Shown: positions 6,665-15,273 of the stretch, one piece after another
How positions within the stretch are numbered: the stretch's first letter is position 1
Layout of the letters: every line of letters begins with the position of its first letter
IMG/VR virus record: IMGVR_UViG_3300005805_000016
Span: 1 to 31,597 of that record
Source of the DNA: a virus
Lineage: Duplodnaviria > Caudoviricetes
Strand: one strand, 5' to 3'
Length of the DNA stretch: 31,597 nucleotides
Notes under the pieces: model-generated
The model's database searches: none
The model's input: the letters and a program-made list of their open reading frames with translations, nothing else
Told to the model about the DNA's origin: nothing
Made by a program: the position numbers and the translations under genes

Positions 6665-6790
6665 TTATGAAGAACTAGTCTTGACCGACTCTTTCTTTTT
6701 TATATATTCAAGAAGCTTCTGAAGGTTTCGTTCAGTCTGGCTATAACCAGTACTTAATTTTACTGCCTTACTGTTTTTAGGTTTGCGCAT
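6665..6790 (-). CDS. Small basic protein (41 aa), last gene of the structural operon
   Basis: Manual translation MRKPKNSKAVKLSTGYSQTERNLQKLLEYIKKKESVKTSSS*; starts 2 nt after the adaptor stop; below the ORF-track cutoff. Confidence 0.55.
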   Translation of the reverse strand: MRKPKNSKAVKLSTGYSQTERNLQKLLEYIKKKESVKTSSS

Positions 6791-6792
6791 AA

Positions 6793-7461
6793 TTAATAAG
6801 ATCCAGACCACATCCACCATGGGAAATCTGAAGGACAGTTCATACCAGCACCACCTCCGGAATAAGTCGAAAAGACATTATTGTATCCGTAAGAACCATT
6901 CTGTAAAGATTCTGTCCAGATCTTTTTTTGCCAAGCATATGGACGATCTGGTGTGGTAATGCTAGATTGGAACGGTGTTCCAAAAGAAGCTACTACTTCT
7001 TGCTTAGCATAACTACGAGTCCACAAAGGATATAGGTCATTATAATTCCAAAGGTAACGTTGCATGAGCCAAGAGTATTGTTGTGCAACTTGCTTCATTT
7101 GAGATTGTAAGAATCTTACTTCTTCTAGTCCTACACTTTCGCTTTCAGTTCCTTTAGGAACCATAATTGATTTGTTGTAAATTTTATAGGTCAGGAAAGG
7201 AAGAGCCATATAAGCTGCCCAGTTAAGGACTACATTGCCTAGATATTCGTCTAATAGAAAAGCATTATCTGGAGTCACAGTATTGGTACGAACCTGTAGT
7301 TTAATTTCGTTTAGTAATGCTGACCCCAAATACTCTATCGCGTAGGTCGATTGTGCGTTAAACACAAATGGTACTAATACATCTGGACTACAATTGAAGG
7401 AGATGGTTGAAAAACTCTTCAACTTAGTTTCTGAAACCAATAAAATCTCGTTTTGGGCCAT
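6793..7461 (-). CDS. Head-tail adaptor/connector (putative)
   Basis: Directly after the portal; LLVSETKLKSFSTI...AQSTYAIEYLGSALL...LPFLTYKIYNKSI resembles Bacteroidota siphovirus adaptor proteins. Confidence 0.6.
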   Translation of the reverse strand: MAQNEILLVSETKLKSFSTISFNCSPDVLVPFVFNAQSTYAIEYLGSALLNEIKLQVRTNTVTPDNAFLLDEYLGNVVLNWAAYMALPFLTYKIYNKSIMVPKGTESESVGLEEVRFLQSQMKQVAQQYSWLMQRYLWNYNDLYPLWTRSYAKQEVVASFGTPFQSSITTPDRPYAWQKKIWTESLQNGSYGYNNVFSTYSGGGAGMNCPSDFPWWMWSGSY

Positions 7462-7477
7462 TTTAATAATTTTTTAT

Positions 7478-8665
7478 TTAAGCCATTTCTTCAACGACTT
7501 GGACATCTGTTCCACCTTCTTTTACATCTCCACCAATCACTTCTGGGAATAGTTTAATAGGTTCAACAATTAAATCTCCAATTCCACCAAACAATTTAAA
7601 TAGTTTGTTGAATGGTTTAAGTAGAGATTTGGTATCGGGTACTACCACCTGCTGGGTGAATAGCTGATATGAATCTAGGATCTGATCCTTACCACCAATC
7701 TGTACTCCAGAAGAACTTTCAAACACACCTAACATTTTTGGATTCACAATACGATGACCTGACATGATAGTTGTGATTAGTCTTTCTTGCAATGCAAGAT
7801 AGTAATCATCGTTAGCAGCTGTGATTGGAGTAATAGTAGTTTTTTCTTCTGCTCCATTTGCCCAACTCAACATCATTCTACCTGCTGATTCAGTTCCACT
7901 GAAAGAGGAAACTATTTCGGAATACACTTGTTGACGAGATTCTGGACCTGGATCTCCAACCATTTCAATCCAAAGACTTGGTGCAAGACCATTCTTTAAA
8001 TTACTTAAATGGAATGTATCGATTTCTACGTCTGCTGAAATTGCTGTAAGTGCTCCAGAATAACTCGGTGTACCATAATAAGAATTGCCTGGATAATAAT
8101 CCCAGTAGTAAAGCAATTGTGATGGATATTCTTCAGCATCATTTGGATTGAATGATTTAATCTGTTTAGGTTTATACTCACTCTTTTTATACTTAGCCCA
8201 ATCATGTGAATAGTAATACCATTCCACACGATCAGTAAGAGGATCAATATAACCTGAACGAATCTTAGACACATCCATATGATAAATGGCTGCAATCTTA
8301 GAACCATCTCTTGACCATACTACATTAAGAGCAAACGCTCCGTAAATTTCGTAATCCAAAACTACTTTTTCAAACACATCGTTCCAACTTTCGTCTGGAT
8401 TAATTTGTTCTAATTTAGGTTCTTCGTTGGGATCTACTGTTTTCAATCCGTTACCTGTAACAGCAATTGATTTGGAAATCAAACAAGTTCTATTGAATGC
8501 AGATTTCTGAAACAGTTCTCTAATAAAATCTGGATACAGATTATCATAACCTGCCCACACAAAAGGAGTATTTGCGTTACGAACTTCTTGGCGCGTAGGA
8601 ACAGAAGGATCTGCTATCTTATCCGCTTTAATATTATAGACTGTCTTTTTGTTTTGATCTGACAT
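7478..8665 (-). CDS. Portal protein
   Basis: 395 aa; GYDNLYPDFI, DYEIYGAFALNVVWS, YYGTPSYSGAL, FHLSNLKNGLAPS, FSGTESAG, IMSGHRIVNPKMLG. Confidence 0.88.
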   Translation of the reverse strand: MSDQNKKTVYNIKADKIADPSVPTRQEVRNANTPFVWAGYDNLYPDFIRELFQKSAFNRTCLISKSIAVTGNGLKTVDPNEEPKLEQINPDESWNDVFEKVVLDYEIYGAFALNVVWSRDGSKIAAIYHMDVSKIRSGYIDPLTDRVEWYYYSHDWAKYKKSEYKPKQIKSFNPNDAEEYPSQLLYYWDYYPGNSYYGTPSYSGALTAISADVEIDTFHLSNLKNGLAPSLWIEMVGDPGPESRQQVYSEIVSSFSGTESAGRMMLSWANGAEEKTTITPITAANDDYYLALQERLITTIMSGHRIVNPKMLGVFESSSGVQIGGKDQILDSYQLFTQQVVVPDTKSLLKPFNKLFKLFGGIGDLIVEPIKLFPEVIGGDVKEGGTDVQVVEEMA

Positions 8666-8682
8666 AATAAGTTTTTATCTAT

Positions 8683-8919
8683 TTATGCTTGTGCTGCAAA
8701 CCATGTTTCACCATCGGTGATAGCTTTTTGCAACACTGCTTTTTGTTCTGCTGTTAAAGATGTTTCTTTTTCTAGAACAATCTTTAGATGATCTGCATTT
8801 CTAACAACTGCTGAATGTGTGTATGGAGGATTGTGATGATCGTCCGCTTTTCCAGCTAAGACATCCTCGATAACTTGCACACTGTCTAATGCGATTTCAT
8901 ACGCTGATCTTACGCTCAT
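8683..8919 (-). CDS. Small fibre-associated hypothetical protein
   Basis: 78 aa directly after the long fibre gene; ALDSVQVI...RNADHLKIVL. Confidence 0.65.
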   Translation of the reverse strand: MSVRSAYEIALDSVQVIEDVLAGKADDHHNPPYTHSAVVRNADHLKIVLEKETSLTAEQKAVLQKAITDGETWFAAQA

Positions 8920-8933
8920 ATTTTTAATTTATA

Positions 8934-11900
8934 TTATAATGCTGTGAAGCTTACTTTTTGCCATGCAGTTCCGTTATAGAATACTATCTGATTTCCAGTG
9001 GTATCATAAGCCATCATACCTGCAACTGGTGAAGCAGATCCTGTAATGTTTGCTGCTGTATCTTTTTTAGGAATGAACATGTTGTATACTGAAATGGAAT
9101 TTCCTGCATCAGAGTAAAGCTGAGTACCAGATCCAGTAGAAATTCTTAATTGATTGCTACCAGTTGCCCCGGATAAACCTGTTCCTAAGAAAGTGTTACC
9201 AGATCCAGTGGCTGCGTAACCTGCTTGGTAACCGATATAAGTTGTATCAGTTGCTGAAGTACTAGAATATCCTGCTTCGTAACCAATAGCTATTGAACCA
9301 GTTGCAGAGTTATTATAACCTGCATAAGCTCCAAGCAATACCTGACGATTTCCACCTCCTGCTTGACCTGCTTGGTTACCAACTGCTACTGAAAATTCAA
9401 AGTTTAGTCCAGTTGCATAAGAGAAGTTACCAATTGAAACGTTAGCAATACCAGACGAAACAATCGCACCAGCATGGCGTCCAACAAACACGTTGTAATC
9501 ACCAGAACTTAAAGCATTACCTGCTGCAAATCCCATTAAGGTATTATTGCTATTAACAGTGGTTCCTGCTCTACATAAGAAAGCAGCCTCAGAGGTCATA
9601 CCCATTTTAGCAGGCACTGTGGTTCCAAAACTTAATTGAGAATAGTTTAGTTGCACACCCGTAGCTCCATTGAATTGCATACGGATATTTCCACCGCCAT
9701 CACCAAGTAGAATATTGTTAGCCAAACCACCAGTAGCGCTTGTCACGTTACGACCAATGACTACGTTTTCATTACCAGTTGTGATACCAAGTCCTGCACT
9801 TTCACCAACAAATGTATTGTTAATACCGGTGGTTAAGTTAAGACCTGCTGCATGACCGAGTGCAGTATTTGAAGAACCAGTAGTTGTATTTTGTAGCGAA
9901 TTATTACCAATACCTAAGTTAGATGCACCATAAGTGTTAGCAGAAAGTGCATTGTAACCAAATGCTGCAGAGAAAGAACCTGTGGTATTAGCACTAAGTG
10001 CAAATGTTCCTATTGCAGTTAATTGAGTACCAGAAGTATTTGTACTTGCAGCATTATAACCAACTGCAGTGTTATTATCTGCTACAGTGTTTGCTTTTAA
10101 AGCATAACGACCAATTGCTGTGTTACCTTGTCCAGTGGTATTAGCATTTAATGAATTATCACCAAGTGCGGTTAAATATGCACCGGTAGTGTTTGTTGCT
10201 CCGGATTGCCATCCAATAAATGTATTATAACTTTGATTGTTAAGTACCCCTGCTGATTGACCAATCATTATGTTACCAACTAGTGTTGCTCCAGTAACTC
10301 CACGTCCCGCATCAGCACCGATTGCTACAGAATCTTGGTGTGCACCAAATCTATTAGCATTGTTACCAATAGCAATTGCTCTTGAAATTGGACCAGTACC
10401 TGCTAATACGATATTTCCAATGGCGATACTACCTGTTGGACCAGTAGATCCATTTAAAACGGATTGACCAAATGCTGTGTTAGCAGATCCAGTTACATTT
10501 TGTACTAGTGCTCCACCTCCCATTGCTGTATTACCTGCTCCTGTAGTGTTGTTTTGTAAACAAGAACCACCGACTGCAAAAACGATAGTTTGTGCTACTT
10601 TACCAGCATTTGTTCCAATTGCTATAGAACCATTTGTGGTTCCTCCAGAAGCATTCTGCATCGCTTGGAAACCTATTGCTATAGCACCTGTTGCGTTACC
10701 TGTACCACCATTCTGGAATGCTTGATGACCAATGATGATAGAGTTTTGTCTGTTTCCTGTGGCATTCTGTCCAGCTTGTGTACCAATAAAGATACCACCG
10801 CTCGCTCCACCAGTTGCTCCTTCGCCTGCTTGATTACCCAGGAAGATAGCACCGCTTGCCCCAACTCCTGTGATAGTGCGACCTGCTGAAGCACCAATGG
10901 CAATAGTTCCTAAAGAAGTTGTAGAGGAAGCAAGTGTGTCTTGACCAATAGAAATTATGTTTGCACCAGTGGTATTTGCACCTAAGTTAGTGCTAGAACC
11001 AATGGCAATATTTGTAGCAACAGATGAACCACCACGTCCAATATAAACTGAATTAGCGTTAAGTGTAGATCCGTCGAATGTTAAATTGGTTTCACCGTTT
11101 AAGTCTCCTGGGGTATCTGAACCTGTAATGACTCTATTGTCTGCGTTGTTGTTAATGTTTGCTCCAGCACCGGACGTTCCAGAACTACCAGAGGTACCAT
11201 CTACACCAGAACTTCCAGAACTACCAGAGGTTCCGTCTACACCAGACGTTCCAGAACTACCAGAGGTTCCGTCTACACCAGATGTTCCAGAACTACCAGA
11301 GGTTCCGTCTACACCAGATGTTCCAGAACTACCGGAGGTTCCGTCTACACCAGATGTTCCAGAACTACCGGAGGTTCCATCTAAACCAGAACTTCCTGAA
11401 CTACCAGAGGTTCCGTCTACACCAGACGTTCCAGAACTTCCTGAAGAACCATTCTGTCCACTGGTTCCAGAGGTTCCAGAGGGTAGAGTTGTAAGTATAA
11501 ATAAAATCTGATCGTTGTTAGAGAATGAATGAGCTAAAGTAACTAAGGTGACTCCAAGCGTCCAATAAGTTGTATTATCGGTTTTAGAGGTTACTTCCCA
11601 AGTTTGGTAGTTATTTTGATTTGTTTGACCCTGAATGGTAAAAATTGTACCAATCGGAATATTAGAAAGAAAAATATCGACATTATCGCCTAATCCGTCT
11701 TGGTCACTAACACTAATAGAGGTAGCATTTGCTTGTGTTAAATTATTCCAAAGAAGATTACCGGTACCAGGATCTCCTGTTGTGGTATTAGTTTTAGCAA
11801 CATAATTAAAGAGCGAGTTAGAAACACCGTTTACCCCGCTGGTTCCTGAAGAACCTGAACTACCAGAGGATCCACTGCTACCTGAGGTTCCAGATTGACC

Positions 11901-12353
11901 CGAACTACCTGAAGATCCAGATTGACCAGAGCTTCCTGAGGTTCCAGATTGGCCAGAGCTTCCAGAAGATCCTGAGCTACCTGAACTACCGTTAGATCCT
12001 GGTAATGAAGTACCTGAGGTCCCCGAGGTACCAGTTTGACCAGAACTTCCAGAGGATCCAGACTGACCTGAACTACCAGAGGATCCAGATTGACCTGAAC
12101 TACCAGAGGATCCAGATTGACCTGAGGTCCCTGAGGTCCCCGAGGTTCCATTAGTCCCTGGTAATGAAGTACCTGAAGTTCCAGAAGATCCAAACACGGT
12201 TATATTACCGTTTGAATCTTTAGCTTTGATTTGGCTGTTCTGTGAATATAGTGTAACGTAACCAGATGCAGGATTAGCAGGGCCAGTGCCTGAGGTACTC
12301 CATTGACCAAATTCAATTGATCCTTCCGATTCCATTCTAAGACGTCCGCTCAT
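8934..12353 (-). CDS. Long fibre/adhesin with Gly-X-Ser collagen-like tracts and YadA-head-like beta-roll repeats
   Basis: 1139 aa; (GTS/GSS/GQS)n tracts, ~14-aa NTAIG..AL.ANTTG repeats, C-terminal GMMAYDTTGNQIVFYNGTAW. Confidence 0.8.
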   Translation of the reverse strand: MSGRLRMESEGSIEFGQWSTSGTGPANPASGYVTLYSQNSQIKAKDSNGNITVFGSSGTSGTSLPGTNGTSGTSGTSGQSGSSGSSGQSGSSGSSGQSGSSGSSGQTGTSGTSGTSLPGSNGSSGSSGSSGSSGQSGTSGSSGQSGSSGSSGQSGTSGSSGSSGSSGSSGTSGVNGVSNSLFNYVAKTNTTTGDPGTGNLLWNNLTQANATSISVSDQDGLGDNVDIFLSNIPIGTIFTIQGQTNQNNYQTWEVTSKTDNTTYWTLGVTLVTLAHSFSNNDQILFILTTLPSGTSGTSGQNGSSGSSGTSGVDGTSGSSGSSGLDGTSGSSGTSGVDGTSGSSGTSGVDGTSGSSGTSGVDGTSGSSGTSGVDGTSGSSGSSGVDGTSGSSGTSGAGANINNNADNRVITGSDTPGDLNGETNLTFDGSTLNANSVYIGRGGSSVATNIAIGSSTNLGANTTGANIISIGQDTLASSTTSLGTIAIGASAGRTITGVGASGAIFLGNQAGEGATGGASGGIFIGTQAGQNATGNRQNSIIIGHQAFQNGGTGNATGAIAIGFQAMQNASGGTTNGSIAIGTNAGKVAQTIVFAVGGSCLQNNTTGAGNTAMGGGALVQNVTGSANTAFGQSVLNGSTGPTGSIAIGNIVLAGTGPISRAIAIGNNANRFGAHQDSVAIGADAGRGVTGATLVGNIMIGQSAGVLNNQSYNTFIGWQSGATNTTGAYLTALGDNSLNANTTGQGNTAIGRYALKANTVADNNTAVGYNAASTNTSGTQLTAIGTFALSANTTGSFSAAFGYNALSANTYGASNLGIGNNSLQNTTTGSSNTALGHAAGLNLTTGINNTFVGESAGLGITTGNENVVIGRNVTSATGGLANNILLGDGGGNIRMQFNGATGVQLNYSQLSFGTTVPAKMGMTSEAAFLCRAGTTVNSNNTLMGFAAGNALSSGDYNVFVGRHAGAIVSSGIANVSIGNFSYATGLNFEFSVAVGNQAGQAGGGNRQVLLGAYAGYNNSATGSIAIGYEAGYSSTSATDTTYIGYQAGYAATGSGNTFLGTGLSGATGSNQLRISTGSGTQLYSDAGNSISVYNMFIPKKDTAANITGSASPVAGMMAYDTTGNQIVFYNGTAWQKVSFTAL
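11170..11457. repeat. Coding tandem repeat, 8 x 36 bp (GTSGSSGTSGVD)
   Basis: Unit ccagaYgttccagaactaccRgaggttccRtctaca, in frame within the fibre gene. Confidence 0.92.
11826..12191. repeat. Coding 9/27-bp periodic repeat encoding (G-X-S)n
   Basis: GQSGSSGSS units; GTSLPG interruption duplicated. Confidence 0.88.
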
Positions 12354-12365
12354 TTTTAATTTTTT

Positions 12366-12926
12366 TTATTGAAATGTCCAGGTAAAACCATCTTTAATTA
12401 CTGCTTCACCGGTGTTTTTTATGATTAGGGGTTGACAAAGAGTTATCATGTCTTCGTCTATATAATAAATTGAATTGTCTGCATCAATCACACAATCATT
12501 AGCAACACCAGAATAGTAAATAATATTCTTTAATAATTCGTTGTCACTTGTGTAAGTGTATTTAATTATCTCTCCAGGTTCGAACTCTTCCAGTATAGCT
12601 TGACCCTGGTCAACTAAGATACCATTTCCTGGATCTAGAGTTGCAAAATCTGTGTTATATAAAGTGTAACTATAATTCCCAGGCGGAAATAATTCTATGA
12701 TAGAATTAAGTGGATCGTCAGGAGAATCATATTCCACTATTTCTATATTAAATTTCACATAACGTGTGTTACGTGTTAAAATCTGAGGCACAACATAATA
12801 AGTGTGTCTTGTGTAAAGACTGTATAGCTTTAACAAAAAATAATCACCAAAAGTTTGTACGTCGTTACTAATTGTATCTGCGTAAATAACAAATGGATTA
12901 TCTTGACCTACACTAAGAGTTATCAT
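12366..12926 (-). CDS. Virion structural protein (possible head closure/neck) with a C-terminal module shared with the tail-tip protein
   Basis: Lies between the two fibre genes; GNYSYTLY...LDP...LVDQG; ATGA overlap with the upstream gene. Confidence 0.55.
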   Translation of the reverse strand: MITLSVGQDNPFVIYADTISNDVQTFGDYFLLKLYSLYTRHTYYVVPQILTRNTRYVKFNIEIVEYDSPDDPLNSIIELFPPGNYSYTLYNTDFATLDPGNGILVDQGQAILEEFEPGEIIKYTYTSDNELLKNIIYYSGVANDCVIDADNSIYYIDEDMITLCQPLIIKNTGEAVIKDGFTWTFQ

Positions 12927-14542
12927 GTTGTAAGAAGTAAGTAATATGTGGTACCGCCAATCACAATTGGGATTCTAGTATTAGCTGTATAAGATCCAGA
13001 TTGAATTGTCCCAGAATTAATTGTGACATTAGTGTTTGCTCCAGCATATAAAGCAATTGTATCTACCATACCTGCTGTACCGCCCGTTGCTCCAAGTATA
13101 ATATTGTTAGATCCAGATGTTATGTTTAAACCAGCATAAGGACCAATTGCAGTATTTGAAGAACCAGTTAAATTGTTTTCTAATGCTTGAATACCAATGG
13201 CAACGTTTTGTGAACCAGTTGTGTTTTTCTGTAAAGCATAGTAACCAATACCAGTGTTAACTTGACCGATTGTGTTTAATTCCAAAGCATAATTACCAAC
13301 TGCAGTGTTAAATGCACCAGTGGTATTTGTTTGTAATGCCCCTTGACCAATTCCTGTATTATAAGATCCTATTGTGTTACTATCTAAAGCATTTGTTCCA
13401 ATTGCAGTGTTAAAAGATCCTGTAGTATTAGCAGCTAAAGCACTTACTCCAATTGCAGTGTTTCTTTCACCTGTAGTATTAGCAGATAAAGACGCGTTTC
13501 CGATTGCAACATTAAAAGTTCCTATAGTATTAGCAGCTAAAGCACTTACCCCAATTGCAGTATTAAAACCTCCTGTAGTATTCAAAGATAAACTACTAGT
13601 TCCTACTGCTGTGTTACCACTACCTATAGTATTTGAAGTCAATGCTCCAGCGCCTATTGCAGTATTAGAAGTACCTGTGGTATTTAATCTTAAAGTGTTA
13701 AATCCAACTGCAGTACCACTAAAAGCAGTACTTACTCTTAAAGCGTTATTACCAACTGCAACATTAGAACTTCCAGTTACGTTTGTACTTAAAGCTTCTT
13801 CTCCTATAGCAACGTTATCATTACCTCTTGTGTTAGCAAACATTGCTGTGTAACCAATAGCAGTGTTTCTAGCACCTGTAGTGTTTGCTTGTAGTGTACC
13901 ACTACCAATTGCTATATTTGCAGATCCCGTAGTGTTTGCATACAAAGCAAGACTTCCAATACCTATTAAGTCAGAAGCAGTATTTGTATAAAGCGCTGTT
14001 GTACCAATTGCAATATTATTAGTTCCACTTTGATTTTGCGCTAATGTATTTGCACCTATTGCAATATTATTAAATCCGTTAGTATTAGCCAAACTTGCTC
14101 CAATACCAATAGCAGTATTTTGATAACCGTCTGTATTGTTTGTTAAACTATTATAACCAACTGCACTATTAGAATGACCAATTGTATTTGCATCTAGTGC
14201 GCCATCTCCTACTGCAGTATTAAATGCTCCTGTGGTGTTTACTCCAAGTGCAGATCCATTTACTGAACCAGCAACGTTACTTGTTACACCACCACCTCCG
14301 TATGTAAATCCATTTCCAGAAGTCCCAGAGCTTCCTGAAGTACCCGAGGTCCCAGAACCTGTGCCTCCAGCTCCTAGAACAGTGATCGTGCCTTGATCAT
14401 CTTTAAGTCTTAATTGGCGATCACTACCATAATAGAGTGAACCATAGCCAGTACTTGGCGAAAATGAAGTACCCGATGTTCCTGAAGTACTAAAAAGTAT
14501 TTCACCGTCGTAATTACCAAGTTTTAATGTAGAATTAGCCAT
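12923..14542 (-). CDS. Short fibre/adhesin with YadA-head-like repeats
   Basis: 539 aa, mostly 14-aa NTAIG.SAL.ANT(T/I)G repeats; N-terminus homologous to that of the 1139-aa fibre. Confidence 0.8.
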   Translation of the reverse strand: MANSTLKLGNYDGEILFSTSGTSGTSFSPSTGYGSLYYGSDRQLRLKDDQGTITVLGAGGTGSGTSGTSGSSGTSGNGFTYGGGGVTSNVAGSVNGSALGVNTTGAFNTAVGDGALDANTIGHSNSAVGYNSLTNNTDGYQNTAIGIGASLANTNGFNNIAIGANTLAQNQSGTNNIAIGTTALYTNTASDLIGIGSLALYANTTGSANIAIGSGTLQANTTGARNTAIGYTAMFANTRGNDNVAIGEEALSTNVTGSSNVAVGNNALRVSTAFSGTAVGFNTLRLNTTGTSNTAIGAGALTSNTIGSGNTAVGTSSLSLNTTGGFNTAIGVSALAANTIGTFNVAIGNASLSANTTGERNTAIGVSALAANTTGSFNTAIGTNALDSNTIGSYNTGIGQGALQTNTTGAFNTAVGNYALELNTIGQVNTGIGYYALQKNTTGSQNVAIGIQALENNLTGSSNTAIGPYAGLNITSGSNNIILGATGGTAGMVDTIALYAGANTNVTINSGTIQSGSYTANTRIPIVIGGTTYYLLLTT

Positions 14543-14555
14543 ATTAGATGTCTTT

Positions 14556-14590
14556 CATTAATGAATATGTATTCTCGTGTTTTTGACATA
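14556..14590 (-). promoter_or_regulatory. Phage late promoter motif, copy 1
   Basis: TATGTCAAAA-N10-ACATAT-TCAT-TAATG, between a terminator and the fibre gene start. Confidence 0.7.
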
Positions 14591-14618
14591 AAAAAAGACC
14601 AGAATCCTGGTCTTTTTT
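14591..14618 (-). terminator. Intrinsic terminator after the major tail gene (symmetric)
   Basis: AAAAAA-GACCAG-AATC-CTGGTC-TTTTTT on the plus strand. Confidence 0.85.
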
Positions 14619-14638
14619 CAAAACATATAGTTGTTTAA

Positions 14639-15193
14639 TTAAGCAGCAGCAGTAAATGTGCAACCAGTAAAGATAGCATTAGGTGCACCAGCTAAATTGT
14701 ATGCTGGATGAACTTCCTGTGAGGTAATGGTTAGTGTATAGCCATTCAAATCAGGAAGCGCTACTCCGGATGTTGCAGCATTAGCTGTAACAACACCACC
14801 ACGGGTATCGCCCATCAACCAGTATCTGTTATTTTGATCTTGGAAGATAGCACTGATTTTTCTATTCTTTGCTAGAAGAAGTAATTCATATCTTTTCTGA
14901 GAATCCATTTGCTGTAAGTTAAAGGTTAGGATTGCCTCAAAGAACAAAGTTCCGTTTTCCTGACTCACAGTTGCATTTTCAGTAAAGGATGCGACGTTTT
15001 TGGCTACTTCGAATTCGAAGAACACTCCATCGTCGCCGGTTGCTGCTGTAACTTGTTGAGGTGTTGCTCCAGTAGTAGAAGCAAGCGTTAGTGTACCAGG
15101 TTCAAAATCAGTTGCGATCCAGATTGTACCCTGGAGACCGCCCGCAGATTCTATACATGGTAATGAGATTGCGCTCGAGATATTACAGGCCAT
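14639..15193 (-). CDS. Major tail tube protein (putative)
   Basis: MACNISSAISLPCIESAGG...SFTENATVSQENGTLFFE...QDQNNRYWLMG...DLNGYTLT; follows the capsid gene. Confidence 0.75.
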   Translation of the reverse strand: MACNISSAISLPCIESAGGLQGTIWIATDFEPGTLTLASTTGATPQQVTAATGDDGVFFEFEVAKNVASFTENATVSQENGTLFFEAILTFNLQQMDSQKRYELLLLAKNRKISAIFQDQNNRYWLMGDTRGGVVTANAATSGVALPDLNGYTLTITSQEVHPAYNLAGAPNAIFTGCTFTAAA

Positions 15194-15220
15194 TGTATTT
15201 AAATTTTATTTTTTGTTTTT

Positions 15221-15253
15221 AAAAGAGTCTGAATTTTACTTCAGACTCTTTTT
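15221..15253 (-). terminator. Stem-loop between the capsid and tail tube genes (partial terminator or stabiliser)
   Basis: AAAAGAGTCTGAA-N6-TTCAGACTCTTTT. Confidence 0.7.
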
Positions 15254-15273
15254 ATGTTTAACTTATTGTATGA

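Noticed and set aside
6438-6709. Mini-CRISPR array or tRNA cluster
   Set aside because: Hairpin stems differ in sequence between units, and I see no cloverleaf or T-loop motifs
11170-11457. CRISPR array (36-bp repeats)
   Set aside because: Repeats are head-to-tail with no spacers, in frame within a fibre gene, and there are no cas genes
8934-14542. Diversity-generating retroelement acting on the fibres
   Set aside because: No reverse transcriptase, and I noticed no template/variable repeat pair differing at adenines
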